64,000 bases of DNA from Chrysomallon squamiferum (taxonomy: Eukaryota > Animalia > Mollusca): positions 16,554,001 to 16,618,000 of the forward strand of contig CM022669.1 of assembly GCA_012295275.1 (NCBI GenBank), in the 5' to 3' direction. The notes below the pieces were generated by a model. The model searched no databases. It worked only from the letters and a program-made list of their open reading frames with translations, and was not told the origin of the DNA. A program made the position numbers and the translations under genes. Shown here in pieces: positions 28,017 to 40,240 of the stretch (its first letter is position 1; each line of letters opens with the position of its first letter).

Positions 28017-31000
28017 GTATGAAAACGTGTATATGTGTGTGTAATTTAAGTGCAAGTCTAACCTTTCTATTTTGGTAAGGAGATACTATTTAAAAAAAAG
28101 AAGAAAAAAGAAAAATGAAATTACATAACGAAACGCAGTTCACTGTTCTCACGTAATGCAATGAACTGCTCTAAAAAGATATGAAGCTTTTCCTTCGTCG
28201 AAGTGTCATCCGATCGTTAGCTTGTTGTCACAGCAACCTAATTTTCTAAACAGAAAATCTACTGACACTTTTTTTTATGTGTGCCAGAAATTGATTTGTT
28301 TAGATTGGATCTAAGGGGAAAAAAAAAAAAAAAAAAAAAAAAAAAGAAATGTCGTGAGTAATAAGCATTAATTGAGTAGACATGTGCCATGAACTGGATA
28401 GTAGTATTCCATTAGTTTAATTTGTCGCTGTTACAAAAGTGAAATAGTAAGATAAATTAGGTTAGAAAGTATCACCATCCTAGACGTCATTATTATTATC
28501 ATCAACAACGTCATCATTATCATAATCATCATCATTAGTAGTAATAGGAGCAAAAGCAATAGTAGTACTAGTATTGGTAACGGTAGTAGTAGTAGTAGTC
28601 GTAGTAGTTGTTGTTGTAGTAATAGTACTAGAATACTGTAGTAGTCGTAGTAGTTGTTGTTGTTGTTGTAGTAGTAATAGTAGTAGAATACTGTAGTAGT
28701 TGTAGTAGTAGTCATAGTAGTAGCATACTGTATAGTATTAATACTGGTACATTTCAGAATTTGTATCTATTAAATAAAGTTTCCTTCTTTACTTTTCATT
28801 GATTATTCTATATTTTAAGAAAATCCAAAAATGTCGGTAATTTCGGGCAGATGATCTCGTATGTTATTATTGTTATTTCTTTATCTTTTCTCCTATTTCT
28901 TTATTTCTTTGTTTCTTTGTTTGTTTATTTGGTAGGTTGGTTGGTTGGTTGTCTATTTATTTATTTATTTATACATCCTATCAATGCTCCAACTACACTA
29001 TATGTTCGTTTACATCCAGTGCTTTGACAAAAGTCTTTTTCTTCCATGTATGAGAAGGCAAGCATGCCAGATTTCCTGCCGCTAATCGGTAAGAGTAACC
29101 GTGGAATAGCTGCATATAAAAAAAATGTCTGACCAATAACAACCGTTAATGTTTTAAAATCTTGTTTAATAACCATTGAATCGTTAATTTCATTTTATTT
29201 ACATAATCATTTATAATTTCAACAGATGAAATATTATTTCTGACATTTTAATTATTTTTAATTTTTTTTTTTTTTAAATTTTTTTTTTCAGGCCTTTTTT
29301 CTTTTATTTCTTTTCTTAGTTTCTTTTTTTCCTTCTTTGTTCTTAATTTTTTTCTTTCATTTTTTTTTTTTTTTTTTTTGGTCTTAATTCTTGCATTCGT
29401 TCTTTCTTTCGTCTTAATTTTATTTATTTCCTTCTTTCTCGACTTATTTTAATGACATGCTGAACTGAACTATTTGATTACTTTTCTTCGTGTTGTCAAT
29501 TTGCTCTCTAGACAAAGTCATTATTTGTTCATGTGTGAGGAAATAGGAAAATGAAATTAAGCCCCAAAATCGAAAGATCAGTTTCGGCAAAAATGTAATC
29601 AGTAAGTGAATTTTCAGTCATTAGTAAAGGTTGCTGCGATTTAAATAAAAAAAGAAAATTGATTAACTATCGAAATTTCCGAGTCAATTCGTTTAGTGTT
29701 TCTTACCTTTTCATTTAATTTCTTTTTCAATTTTTTTTCTTTTTTCTTTATATATTTATTTATTTATTTATTTCCTTACTTATTTACTTACTTCAGGTTT
29801 CTCTCTGATTTAGTTGTTCATATCTTTTACGTTTGTTACAGGTATTTTTGTATTAAAGACCAAATAAAATTCTAATTTATAATTAAAATGTTCATGTCAG
29901 AGATAAGATTCAATGAAAACGTCGCATTAGTTAAAAGTTTCAAGCTAATATTCATGTTATTGATCAGAATCAATGAAAAAAAAAAAAAAAAGATTCTTGC
30001 TAATCATCAGGATCGTAAAAAGGTTCGGGTGATTATTGATCCGGGTGGCAGGCTCACGTAACTGATTGAGATAATAGTAAGGTTCGGGTTATTGATCAAT
30101 CGCAAGCTAAAGTTCTCGACATCGATCACGCCAAGCCTATTTCTCTCATACTGACCACGATCGAGGTGAAATTCAGGATCAACAGTCGGTTATCCATAAG
30201 ATTATTATCAGATCTAGGATAATATTTATATAATACATCTTTTAAAAAATAAATAAAAATTAACGTCCCGATAATTTTTGCAATTCCATCACTATTTGCA
30301 GAGCAGACTTGGTCTCTTTAAAATCGCATAAGACAAAAAAGCCTTCTTCCAATCAACGTCAATCTCCACTATGTAATTTTCTCCAACTTCGATTGTCTGT
30401 CTGTTTGACAAAACGGTTCTTGATTTAACCTCAGCCTGATCAAACTTTAGTCAACAGTAAAAAGAAAGAAAAAAAGAAGAAAAAAAAGACGAATAAGAAG
30501 AAGCTAAATACCTCCAAACTTAAAAAAAGTAAAAGAAAAAAAGAAAAGAAAAGAAAAGAAAGAAAGAAAGAAAGACGTTCTCCAGAGAAATCAAGCTTGG
30601 TTGAGAAATTGACCAAAAATCAATAACTTCAACCCCTGTTACTGAAGTGCAGTCAATCGAGTGGGCGCTTTTAACGAGACGTCGTTAGCTAGGCCAGAGC
30701 GATAAAATGAAGAAACGAAGATATGAAGTGATTCTCGCTTCATTTTCTACAAAAACTGAAGAGATTTTAGACAATGAACGGCAGATTATTCGCCGGGTTT
30801 AAATGATCCAGTGACCATTAAAAATAATAATTAAGAAAAAATAGAAAGAAAGAAATAAAAAAAAAAAATGGGTTCAATACAACGTTTTCTGGTAGAAATG
30901 TTAATAACAGCCAGAAGTTACTCTGTAAAGAAAATGCGTGGTTTATGTCCTCAAGACAATTGTCATAGATTTCAAAAAAAAATTGAAAAAATAAAAATAA

Positions 31001-33018
31001 AAAGACAGAAAAAAAAGAAGAAGAAATATTTAATATTAGCCTCCTTTTCGATCGATCGACTTCGAGTACGCTGATAACAAATATTTACTTACATTTCGTC
31101 ATCTAATCTGTACACATCATAAAAACTTCTCATTACGAGAAGAAATCCCATGGTACTCATCTTTTCGCAGAGTTTCGGCAAACTCCGGTCACCATTAATT
31201 TTAGTGACCTGCATCTGACTCGTCCCTTTACGTAAACCAGTAAGCATTTGTGTAATCGTCATTTTTACCACTGGATGATGTCGGTTCATGAAATGTTACG
31301 ATATATTGCGCTGTACTGTTATTTATTTATTATTTCATTCATTCATTCATTCATTCATACATTCATCCATTATTTCATTTAAACGCAATTCTATGGTATT
31401 TAAACGCAATTAATCGTGAATTTTTTCCATAATTTTATATACAGGATAAGAATTCCAATTTTGCAATATTTATAAATTATTTTATACATTTTAAAATTTA
31501 ATTAAACTAATAATTTCACATATGTTTGTTTCCGCGTGTGTGCGTATGCCTTACTCACAATAAACAGGAAAATGCCACTTAAATCTAAGTTCGTCGTGAT
31601 AATCCGACAGTTGGTTCGAGTTAAGCCGAGATCGATTTTTATACTCGACACATAAACATGCACTCCATCATTATTCGACTTAAACGTCAGTCTTAAGCTT
31701 CAGTCATTCTGTTCCTCGCAAATGGCAAGACAAACGGCTGCAACAGCCGCACGGATTATTTGTACAAGACAGTGTTAATGAGGAGGATAATCGAAAACCG
31801 AGAGAACCGGCAATAAAAATGAGAACAAACAGTGGCTCTTTAATTAGTCACTGGAGGGCCAAGACGTTGACACCACCTGACAAAGGTGTTTTGCACACGT
31901 TTTTGACTTTCGTCGAATAATCGAGAAAGATGAGAGCTAATGGTGTTTCGGAATAATTAGGAGATGTAGCTGTTCTTCAAAGAAAAGAAATCGATAATGT
32001 GGGTGGACTTGATTAAAATCACGACGGTGGTGGGGGGACGGGTTAGAACGGTTGTGGAAATTAGTCTCAGCTTGTTAAGGAAAGTTAGAAAACATTACTG
32101 CCAGGTTAAAGGAAATGTAACGAGTGGGCTGAAAGTGTCAACAGATTTTTGTTCTTTATAATTTTATTATTGCTGTTGTTATTGTCATTACTGATGTTGT
32201 TGTTGTTGTTGTTGTTGTTATTATTATTAAAATGTATTTGTTTATTCATTTATTTGTTGTTACTGTTGTTGTTGCTTTTAGCATTAATATTATATTGGTA
32301 CTTTTTGTGTGTTTTTTTTATTATCACTGGTGCTGTTGCTGCTGTTAATTTGTTTATTAAATATTAATTTATTATTAATATTGTTATGAGAATAATTATT
32401 ATGATTTTTATTATATTTATTTTTTCATTCATTCTTTTTTGTTTTATTTTTCATTTATTTCACTTAACTTGTTTTTCCTTTCTTTGACATAACGGCTTGT
32501 AATAATCAATTATTAATTTTAAAATGCTTTCAGTTGACTGTATAACCTATTGTCTTCAGGGGGAAAAAAAATGCAGTACAAAAAATAAAAAAGTAAAAGA
32601 AGATTAAGATGTAAAATAAAGGTAAATAGATAATAACAATAGACCAGAGGCTGAATAATGCAAATCAATTGAAATATGAAATGAAGGGAGTGTTCAAGTA
32701 CATTTTGTAAGTATTCGATTGAAAACCAGTGGGATGGTTCTTAATGAACTTGAATATAAAATAAATGAATTTTTTTTTTTTTTTTTTTTGTTTGTGTGAA
32801 ATAATTGTTTATCTGCTCTAGTTTTAATATTAACGGTTACAAGGAGTCAAACAAGTGGTGCTTAGTATCCAGGTTGTATTGTCAATTCAGACTGATTATC
32901 AACAAGATATATTCTTTTGTGTAAGTCGTAAAAGAGAAAAAAAAACAACAACAAAAAAACAGTGCTCGAGGCCTTTGATAAGTAATGTGTTATTGTCGAG
33001 AACAATGTCAATTTTTAG

Positions 33019-33021
<3 letters not shown>

Positions 33022-33092
<71 letters not shown>
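33022..33092. repeat. (GA)n microsatellite about 100 nt downstream of the synaptotagmin exon 2 donor
   Basis: Directly visible. Confidence 0.95.
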
Positions 33093-33094
<2 letters not shown>

Positions 33095-33197
33095 AATGGA
33101 ACAAATGTATGAAGAAAGAAAAAATGAAAAAGAATTAAGATGAAACGGATTCATCATCATAATGACGTCAACGATGACGAATAATCAAATATTTTAC

Positions 33198-33993
33198 CTT
33201 CAGATGTCTGGCGGAAATTTCCCTGGTGAAAGTAACCTCTTTCTGGCCCACTTCACTTCCGGCAAGAGGGTGGATAATCTCGCCGATGATCTCGTCTCGC
33301 GAGAACCTATCGAAACTGAGCACGACGAAGTGCAGGGTAATTCCTTGCAGCTGGTTGGCGTTGATGCCGAAAAACGTGAACGTTTCGTCGTAGACCGGGT
33401 TGAGAGTCTTGCGCAGGACGCGAGTCTTGCACTTGTGCTTCTTCTCCGGCAGCAGCTGGAGCTTGATGTACGGGTCGCAGCCGCCCAGGGTCGGGTCACG
33501 TGGCGGGAGATCGGTGGCGCTCGCAATCGTGACGAGCAGCGCCGTCTTGTTCGGATCGTAATCCACGGAGAAGTTGACGAAGCCCAGCTTGGCCGGCCTC
33601 TCTTCCAGCGCCTCGGCCCGCATCATCTCTTCCTTCTCCGGGGTTGCCCCATCCTTCTCATTCTCAACGTAGACCTCTGACTTGATGGCGCTGGGATCGA
33701 TCCCAGTCTGGGTGAAGCCAGGGGAGGGCATTTTCGTCAGGAGCGTCGATTCGCCGTCAGGTGGCGTTATCGGGCTGGTCGCTTTGGATTTCATGATTTT
33801 GGCGCTGCGGACCGGCGTGCTTTTTTCATGCTGCCTGAGTTGCTCTCCTGCAGACCTTTCTTGATGGCGGAAGAGAGTCTGTTCTGAGCATTGCGCATGA
33901 CACGTCGTCGGTAACATTTGTACGCGAAGGCGGTTATTGAAATGAGAAACACGATACATCCGACACAGATTCCTGCGATAGCAGCTCCTGAAA
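33198..33993 (-). CDS. Syt4: Synaptotagmin-4/11 family, exon 2 (TM helix, linker, C2A), containing a -1 frame break near 33821-33826
   Basis: TM segment VSGAAIAGICVGCIVFLISITAFAYKCYRRR is in one frame, which stops at 33791-33793. C2A (KLGFVNFSVDYD...DPYIKLQLLPEKKHKCKTRVLRKTLNPVYDETFTF...LHFVVLSFDRFSRDEIIGE) is in the -1 frame. Acceptor 33994-33995, donor 33196-33197. The SFDRFSRD Asp-to-Ser change is diagnostic of Syt4/11. Confidence 0.92.
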
Positions 33994-33997
33994 CTGA

Positions 33998-34012
33998 ATA
34001 ATAATAATAATG

Positions 34013-34061
<49 letters not shown>

Positions 34062-34072
34062 CAACAACAACA

Positions 34073-34157
<85 letters not shown>

Positions 34158-34205
34158 AATAATAAATAATAATAATAATAATAACAATGATAATAATAAT
34201 AATAA
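33998..34205. repeat. (AAT)n/(AAC)n microsatellite abutting the exon 2 acceptor
   Basis: Directly visible. It produces the poly-Y/L/I ORF heads. Confidence 0.95.
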
Positions 34206-34605
34206 GCACAACACAATATTATGCTATTAGAATAAGATGATACATACAACGGTAATAGTCATATCTGTATAGAATCATGGACGTCATCAACCACAACATT
34301 AACATCAGTAATAATGTAACAACAACAAACAGAATAGAAACAATATTTTTCGAGAGAGAGAGGAAGAGGAGAAGAAGAAGAAGATGATGATGATGATGAT
34401 GATGATGACGGAATAAATAACTAAATAAAATTAGAAAAACGAATCATTCCAAATAAAACAAAATAATAAATTGTTAAGATGATGATAATGTTTTGTCAGA
34501 TTCTAATTAAGTGAGGAAGTCTGCGTAATGCAAACAGTAATTTTTCTTCTTGACATTTTCACTCTATTCGTGTTTATTTCTTTACTGTAATTATTTGTTC
34601 ACAGT

Positions 34606-34608
<3 letters not shown>

Positions 34609-34681
<73 letters not shown>
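34609..34681. repeat. (CT)n microsatellite upstream of synaptotagmin exon 2
   Basis: Directly visible. Confidence 0.95.
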
Positions 34682-34685
<4 letters not shown>

Positions 34686-35398
34686 GTATGACTCTTTTCC
34701 TCACTTTATGAAAATGTATAAATGGCAAGCCTTAATAAAACTAATTTTATTTCTTATGAAATAAATCTGCCATGCATTTGACCTGTACTAATCTGAGTGT
34801 ATAAGAACAGACATTGCTAATGCGTAGGTGCAAAACCAAAAATAAACAAATTCTCGTGGCAACTTATCGCTTGGTTGGTTAATTAAGAAATGTATTCACT
34901 TTAGTTTTGACATTTATCGCTTGCTTTGCTCTAGCTGTTAACACCAAGCGTCACACGTTTTTAAGCTTTATCAATTCTCGGCTTTTTATTTCCTCATCGA
35001 TCCTATTCCACAATCAAAACTCAATTTAAACGTCACCCGTTGTCATGGAAGTCCTTCATAATTGACTGAGTCAATGAATCCGATAGCCCATCTCGCGGAA
35101 TTCAGTTATCGGGAGTTAGAACTTTTAAGAATATTTACACTTCGTTCGCATTTCTCGAATCAGAGAATTCGTTCTGATACGGAACCTATGGCTTCGGGGC
35201 TAGTCTCCGGAGATGAGAACAAATTAAGAATTTGCTTTGCATGATCACGTTTCACAGACCGCAGTCGTCGACTGAGTAGGAAGTCGTTTTAATTATTTTG
35301 TCATCTGGGATGTGCAAAACCTCTCCAAACTTGGTTAGTTTAAAATTTAATAAGGAGATGGTATTTTACAGCAAATAAAATATAAATAAATAAATACA

Positions 35399-35446
<48 letters not shown>

Positions 35447-35879
35447 AAGAAGAAGCAGCACAACAACAACAACAACAACAAATGAAGCAAGGAAATAAAT
35501 TTGCTGTTGGTAATAGATGTTGTAGTAGTTGCAGTAGTATAGTGGTAGTAGTAATAATAGTAGTAGAAAACTACTAAATAATACTCATTGTACTAGTAAT
35601 AAAATAACTTACGAAGACACCAGTTCGGTTACTAAATTTCGAGCTAACATAATCAGTTTTGGAAAATATATTCTTCTCATAAATGCACGTACCCAAATAT
35701 TTGGTATAGTTTATTTATTTATTTATTTATTTTAATACGAACATTTCTCATCAAGCTATTATTATTCTCGCTGTCACACCAGACATCAGTCTGCTTTTAA
35801 CAATCCTTTCCTTTCCGAAGACAGAAACAAAGAATGTAAAAACGAACGGTTTATTTATAGAACAAAGTAGCACAATTAC

Positions 35880-35883
35880 CCAT
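35880..35883 (-). CDS. Syt4: Candidate alternative first coding exon of the synaptotagmin (ATG G only)
   Basis: ACAATGG Kozak-like context followed by a GTAATT donor (35878-35879). Phase 1 fits exon 2. There is an in-frame upstream stop, and a GC-rich patch with CCAAT (36065-36069) lies upstream. Confidence 0.5.
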
Positions 35884-36974
35884 TGTTCTAAAAATGTCGG
35901 CACGTTCTTCTCTCAGCGCGTTCCTGTCTGTCTGGGAGGTGTCTAAACGTGTCTAAATATCTAGTATCGATTAGACGACAGAACTGATAAAGAGATTTCG
36001 CTCTCTGTCTCGTCAGAAGGCCAGTCGGACTACGTGCCCCGCTCCGCACTTGGGGCAATTTGCTGATTGGCCCGGTCCGACACGAAATTTGATACCGCTC
36101 TGATGTTTTCCGTTAATGCGCTGGAATGGTCGTTCGCTGCGTTATTGTTGTCAGAACTGATTTCGCTGATTGTTACAGTTCAGAACGACATATGGCTATA
36201 ATAATAATAATAATAATAAAGATCAGAAATATACGTTGCCCAGTCTGGAAAAGATAAAAGTGAAAATAATAATTGCGTTATTGTATAGATCAGTTTGATC
36301 GAGCAATGGCCGTTTTATATATCCGAAATCAGGAAAAAAACGTGTAGCACAGAACATTCATGTTAATTACGTTTTATTGTATAGAGAATTTTGTTCGTAC
36401 GGTAGTCGTTTTTATCTGTAAATATATCGGTAAGAATTTATAGCACAGAACACGTTACTAAAAGACTTAGTAATGAAGTCATTCAAACTGAAAAATCATC
36501 GACGCCTAGCCCATCAGACAGCACGTAAACAAAATGTATTCTGTAAACATAAAATATAAATTACCCCATGCTATGGTGTATGAGATTTTTGTCTGATGAA
36601 CGCAGCTGGAAGTAATTCCACTGTATTCCCCAACCAGCGAGATTATATATTTTAAATATTTAATTTTTATTTATTCATTTATCAAACGAAGGCATAATCA
36701 CACTTGTTCTCAGAATATTTTCCAGGAAATATGACGACTGATGCAGGACAGTGTCACTAGAAAACGAGTAAAAATCTGCACATTTATGTAGATGTATGTT
36801 AGTTTAAGTCTCTCTGAACTGTATAGATTATGTTAAATTATTTATATCGCTAGTTAAACATAGTTAAGGTTCAGGCTCGCTGAGATTGGCAAACAAACCT
36901 ACAACAAATTTGATTGTTTTTGTGTTGATGGTGATCTAGAGCATTGTTTCTGAAACTGGTGAATGGTTCAGCCA

Positions 36975-37070
36975 GGTGTGAATAAAACTGTTTTGGTGTG
37001 AATGAAACTATTTGTAGTGAATGAAACTATTTTGGTGTGAATGAAACTATTTGGAGTGAATGGAACTGAA
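36975..37070. repeat. 19-20 bp minisatellite (GTGAATGAAACTATTTGGA), about 5 copies
   Basis: Directly visible tandem copies. Confidence 0.85.
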
Positions 37071-39934
37071 GAGAAATTACCACATGTATATAGATGTGGA
37101 TGAGTGAAATTTTTTGTAATTAAAAACTCGATGGTGAATGACACTGAACTAGTTTAGGGAGAAATGAATGAGAATTAAGTATACGTCTGTCTGTCTCTCT
37201 AATTGTCTTTCTGTTGTCAGTCTGTCTGGGTATTGACCGTCTAGTTTAGGCGTCTGTATACATTTACTTAAGATTTGGTCTATCCACATGGATTCAATCA
37301 CAAAGTCTATTTTATCAAAGATAATGGCAAACTTGTCAAGTGTTTCTCGTAGAATATCTACATATTTAATTGTTTCTGTAAATAATGAGATTAGCTGATC
37401 TCAGTATTTAATGGAACTAAATTAAATATAAATGAAAATATTCTAAGACTTTTTATGCATCGTATATGTTACAGGCATGCGCAGATTGCATCATATGGTA
37501 GTCATTATCGTAATTGACCAAACTGCAGATCAAAATGAATTTCCATTCGCATTTCAATTTTCTCATCCATCTAAATTCTTCCTTCATAACGAAACTCATT
37601 TCGTCTTGAAAATTAAAACCAGCACAACTGCAGGAACCACACGTTTCAAAAATCTTCGATATACATATGAGTACTGTTTTGAAAACTGAAATAACATCAA
37701 AAACAGGCTTAAAAACACAACACTTCAGTTTATAGTTTTTTTCCCTGACCTGCAAACCGCAAACATGTCCAGTCCAGACATACCCTAGACAGACACGATA
37801 ATTTCAGACACGGAGAAGCAGAAAATAGCACAGACTGATTATTACATTAATTATTCTTTTTCATTAACGTCGTAAAAAAAAAAAAAAAAAATCAAGAGCG
37901 AGTTCGGGTCACTGGGAGTGGAGAAAACACGAGACACAAATCAATACGGGATAGTTTGAATAATAGTTACAGATAATAATGGTTTCGGGTTCGGTTGAAG
38001 GCAAGCAAACACTGCATTACGTTACCGTAGTCAAATATTTATTTTCAAATGTGCAACGGAACAGAACGGAATAAAAAAAATGATGGCGACTGCTGTAAAC
38101 GATTATTAAGGGAATTATATGATTTTTTTTTTTTTTTTTTTCAAATTTTAACTATTATCTTTATATAGATATTTATTATTATTTTGTACATTTTGTTTAA
38201 TGTAACTAGAAAAAAACAACCTTCTGCTATCATTACATTGTACTGCTTTAGCAATCAGAGAAATTTTACATGTATTTTCCACAGCCAAGAAAAAACTTAA
38301 AACATGCCGTATAGCACGTACTAAAACAGGTAATAATCAAACAGTGATGGATTATAGATGATGACTGTTTTGACAACAAATCAAGGACGAGCTATTTGAT
38401 ATAGATACATACATACATACATACATACATACACACACACATACATACATACATACATACATACATACATACATACATACATACATACATACATAACAAA
38501 ACGATATGCCAGCTCAGCGGTAGTAGAATAAAAATAAAAAAATAGAAAAAGAAATCCCATTCTAACCACCGCTCCATTTTCTGTGCATCGCCGGTTTGAA
38601 AGAATTATGTTTGATGTAATGAAGAAAATGTGTTAAAACGACTGACTGCTGGTGACTTTTAGATGCAGAATAAATATCGACATTTCTAGATCACTGTTTT
38701 ACTGTAGACCATCACGTAATAAAACCATCATTTATTCTGTTTTCATCTCGAAATCACAGCTATCGTCTTTCATTTTAATTCCTTTTTATAGCCTTGTTTA
38801 GGCGTCGTTAACATTTATTATACAAGTAACCTGATATAAAGTATAAACGTAAAAATAACAAATTACTGCAGATAAAGAAAACAACAACAGCAACAACAAC
38901 AAGCAGACAATAATGAAGAAAATAATCCATTTTTCATATTTTAGATCTTAATTGTTCATAAACATGATATCAAACCATCAAACGTATTCTTGTACAAAAT
39001 ATTTTAATTGACAAACTGTGTTCATTTATCTATAGAATATATTCTTTAATTATCCTTTTATAAAGCTAACATCTAAATAAATAAATACAAAATCATCAAC
39101 ATCATCAAGTTGCAACAAAAATGCTATCTGATTTTTTTTCGACGGAATAAAACAACAGAAAAATTACGTTGCAAAATTGTGTACAATTTTAATTAATAAA
39201 TTCGAAATAATTGTCTACTTTGAGTATTTTGACGTCTGTGTTGACGTCTGCCATTGTTAACATTATGCTGCTTTGTTTTTCTGTGTTGACCGCAATGGAA
39301 TTGTCTCCAACGCCCACACAAAAAAAAAAAATCACTTTCTTTTGCAATGATTCTCTAGACGAAGGCAGTTCCATTTGTGTGTTAGAAACATATGGACAAT
39401 TCTTGTGCTTATAAATTACTCCTAAAATCGAATGATCGATGTGTTTTTTGAATTTATTTCATGGTTGGAGATAAGGATTAAAATATGATCATTTTTATTT
39501 TTAGATAATTTGAAGCTTGACGTAGAATAATTCTTTTAAAAAATAAATAATAATAATTAGATTGAAAAAAACAGTTCTATATTAAGTCGCAGAATCATAA
39601 TTATCCGAATTTAAGAAAAATCCGTAAATTAATTCGTCAAAGTCTGTCGTGTTTAATTATTTAATTATTTATTTACTTAATATTTATTTCTGTCGTTATA
39701 TTTTTATTAGAACGTAAATAAATAAAGCAAAATTACATTCAAAAACAAAAGCAGAACAAAAAATTAATCTGAATCCAGAAAAGAAAACAGACGGCTGAAA
39801 CATCATCATTTCTTCCAGTCTCACTCTTCTTCTCAACGACGTCAGCATAACATACGACGTAACAGACATCAAAGAAAAACATACGACACTGACACAGACA
39901 AAAAAAAAAAAAATACAATCTTTATAATTTCTAC

Positions 39935-39974
39935 CTGTATGCACCGCAACGTGTACTGCATGCTTGACTGCCAT
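39935..39974 (-). CDS. Syt4: Probable main first coding exon of the synaptotagmin (MAVKHAVHVAVHT)
   Basis: ACTATGG start context, 13 codons + 1 nt, then a CAG|GTAGAA donor (39933-39934). Phase 1 joins the TM frame of exon 2. With one base restored the spliced product is 422 aa, a typical Syt4 size. Confidence 0.65.
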
Positions 39975-40059
39975 AGTCGATTCTCAAAACAAAAACAAAG
40001 GCTTTAAGTATTTTCAAACTGCCAAGACTTTCCTATACACTAAAACATATCCAGTGATT

Positions 40060-40240
40060 TTCAAAATGGCGTACCAGCTGTCTAGCGACTCCGTTGTTTC
40101 CACATGAACACTAATTATTGGCCCATGCAGCAGTATTATTGATCAAGAAAAGCGTCCAAGATTTCCATTCTCTTTTTCGTGACGTCAAAGCGTCGGTCGT
40201 TGCCATTGGCTGGTAGAAAAGGCACGCATGCGTATGCAAA
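40060..40240 (-). promoter_or_regulatory. Probable synaptotagmin promoter: YY1-like, 2 CCAAT boxes, full CRE, NRF1-like motif
   Basis: CAAAATGGCG 40062-40071, ATTGG 40117-40121 and 40205-40209, TGACGTCA 40180-40187, ACGCATGCGT 40224-40233. Confidence 0.55.

Noticed and set aside
31089-31289. 66-aa minus-strand ORF ending at a GTAAGT inside the synaptotagmin intron
   Set aside because: No homology I recognise and no clear acceptor. Its ATG frame meets the donor in phase 2, which does not fit phase-0 exon 3.
33162-33864. Plus-strand ORFs of 172 aa and 60 aa, and a minus alternative-frame ORF of 108 aa, over synaptotagmin exon 2
   Set aside because: Shadow ORFs caused by the GC-rich codon usage of the real exon. 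No recognisable domain.
33994-34214. Apparent signal-peptide-like poly-Leu/Tyr N-terminus of the 348-aa ORF
   Set aside because: This is intronic (AAT)n microsatellite upstream of the splice acceptor. The real TM segment is in the other frame.
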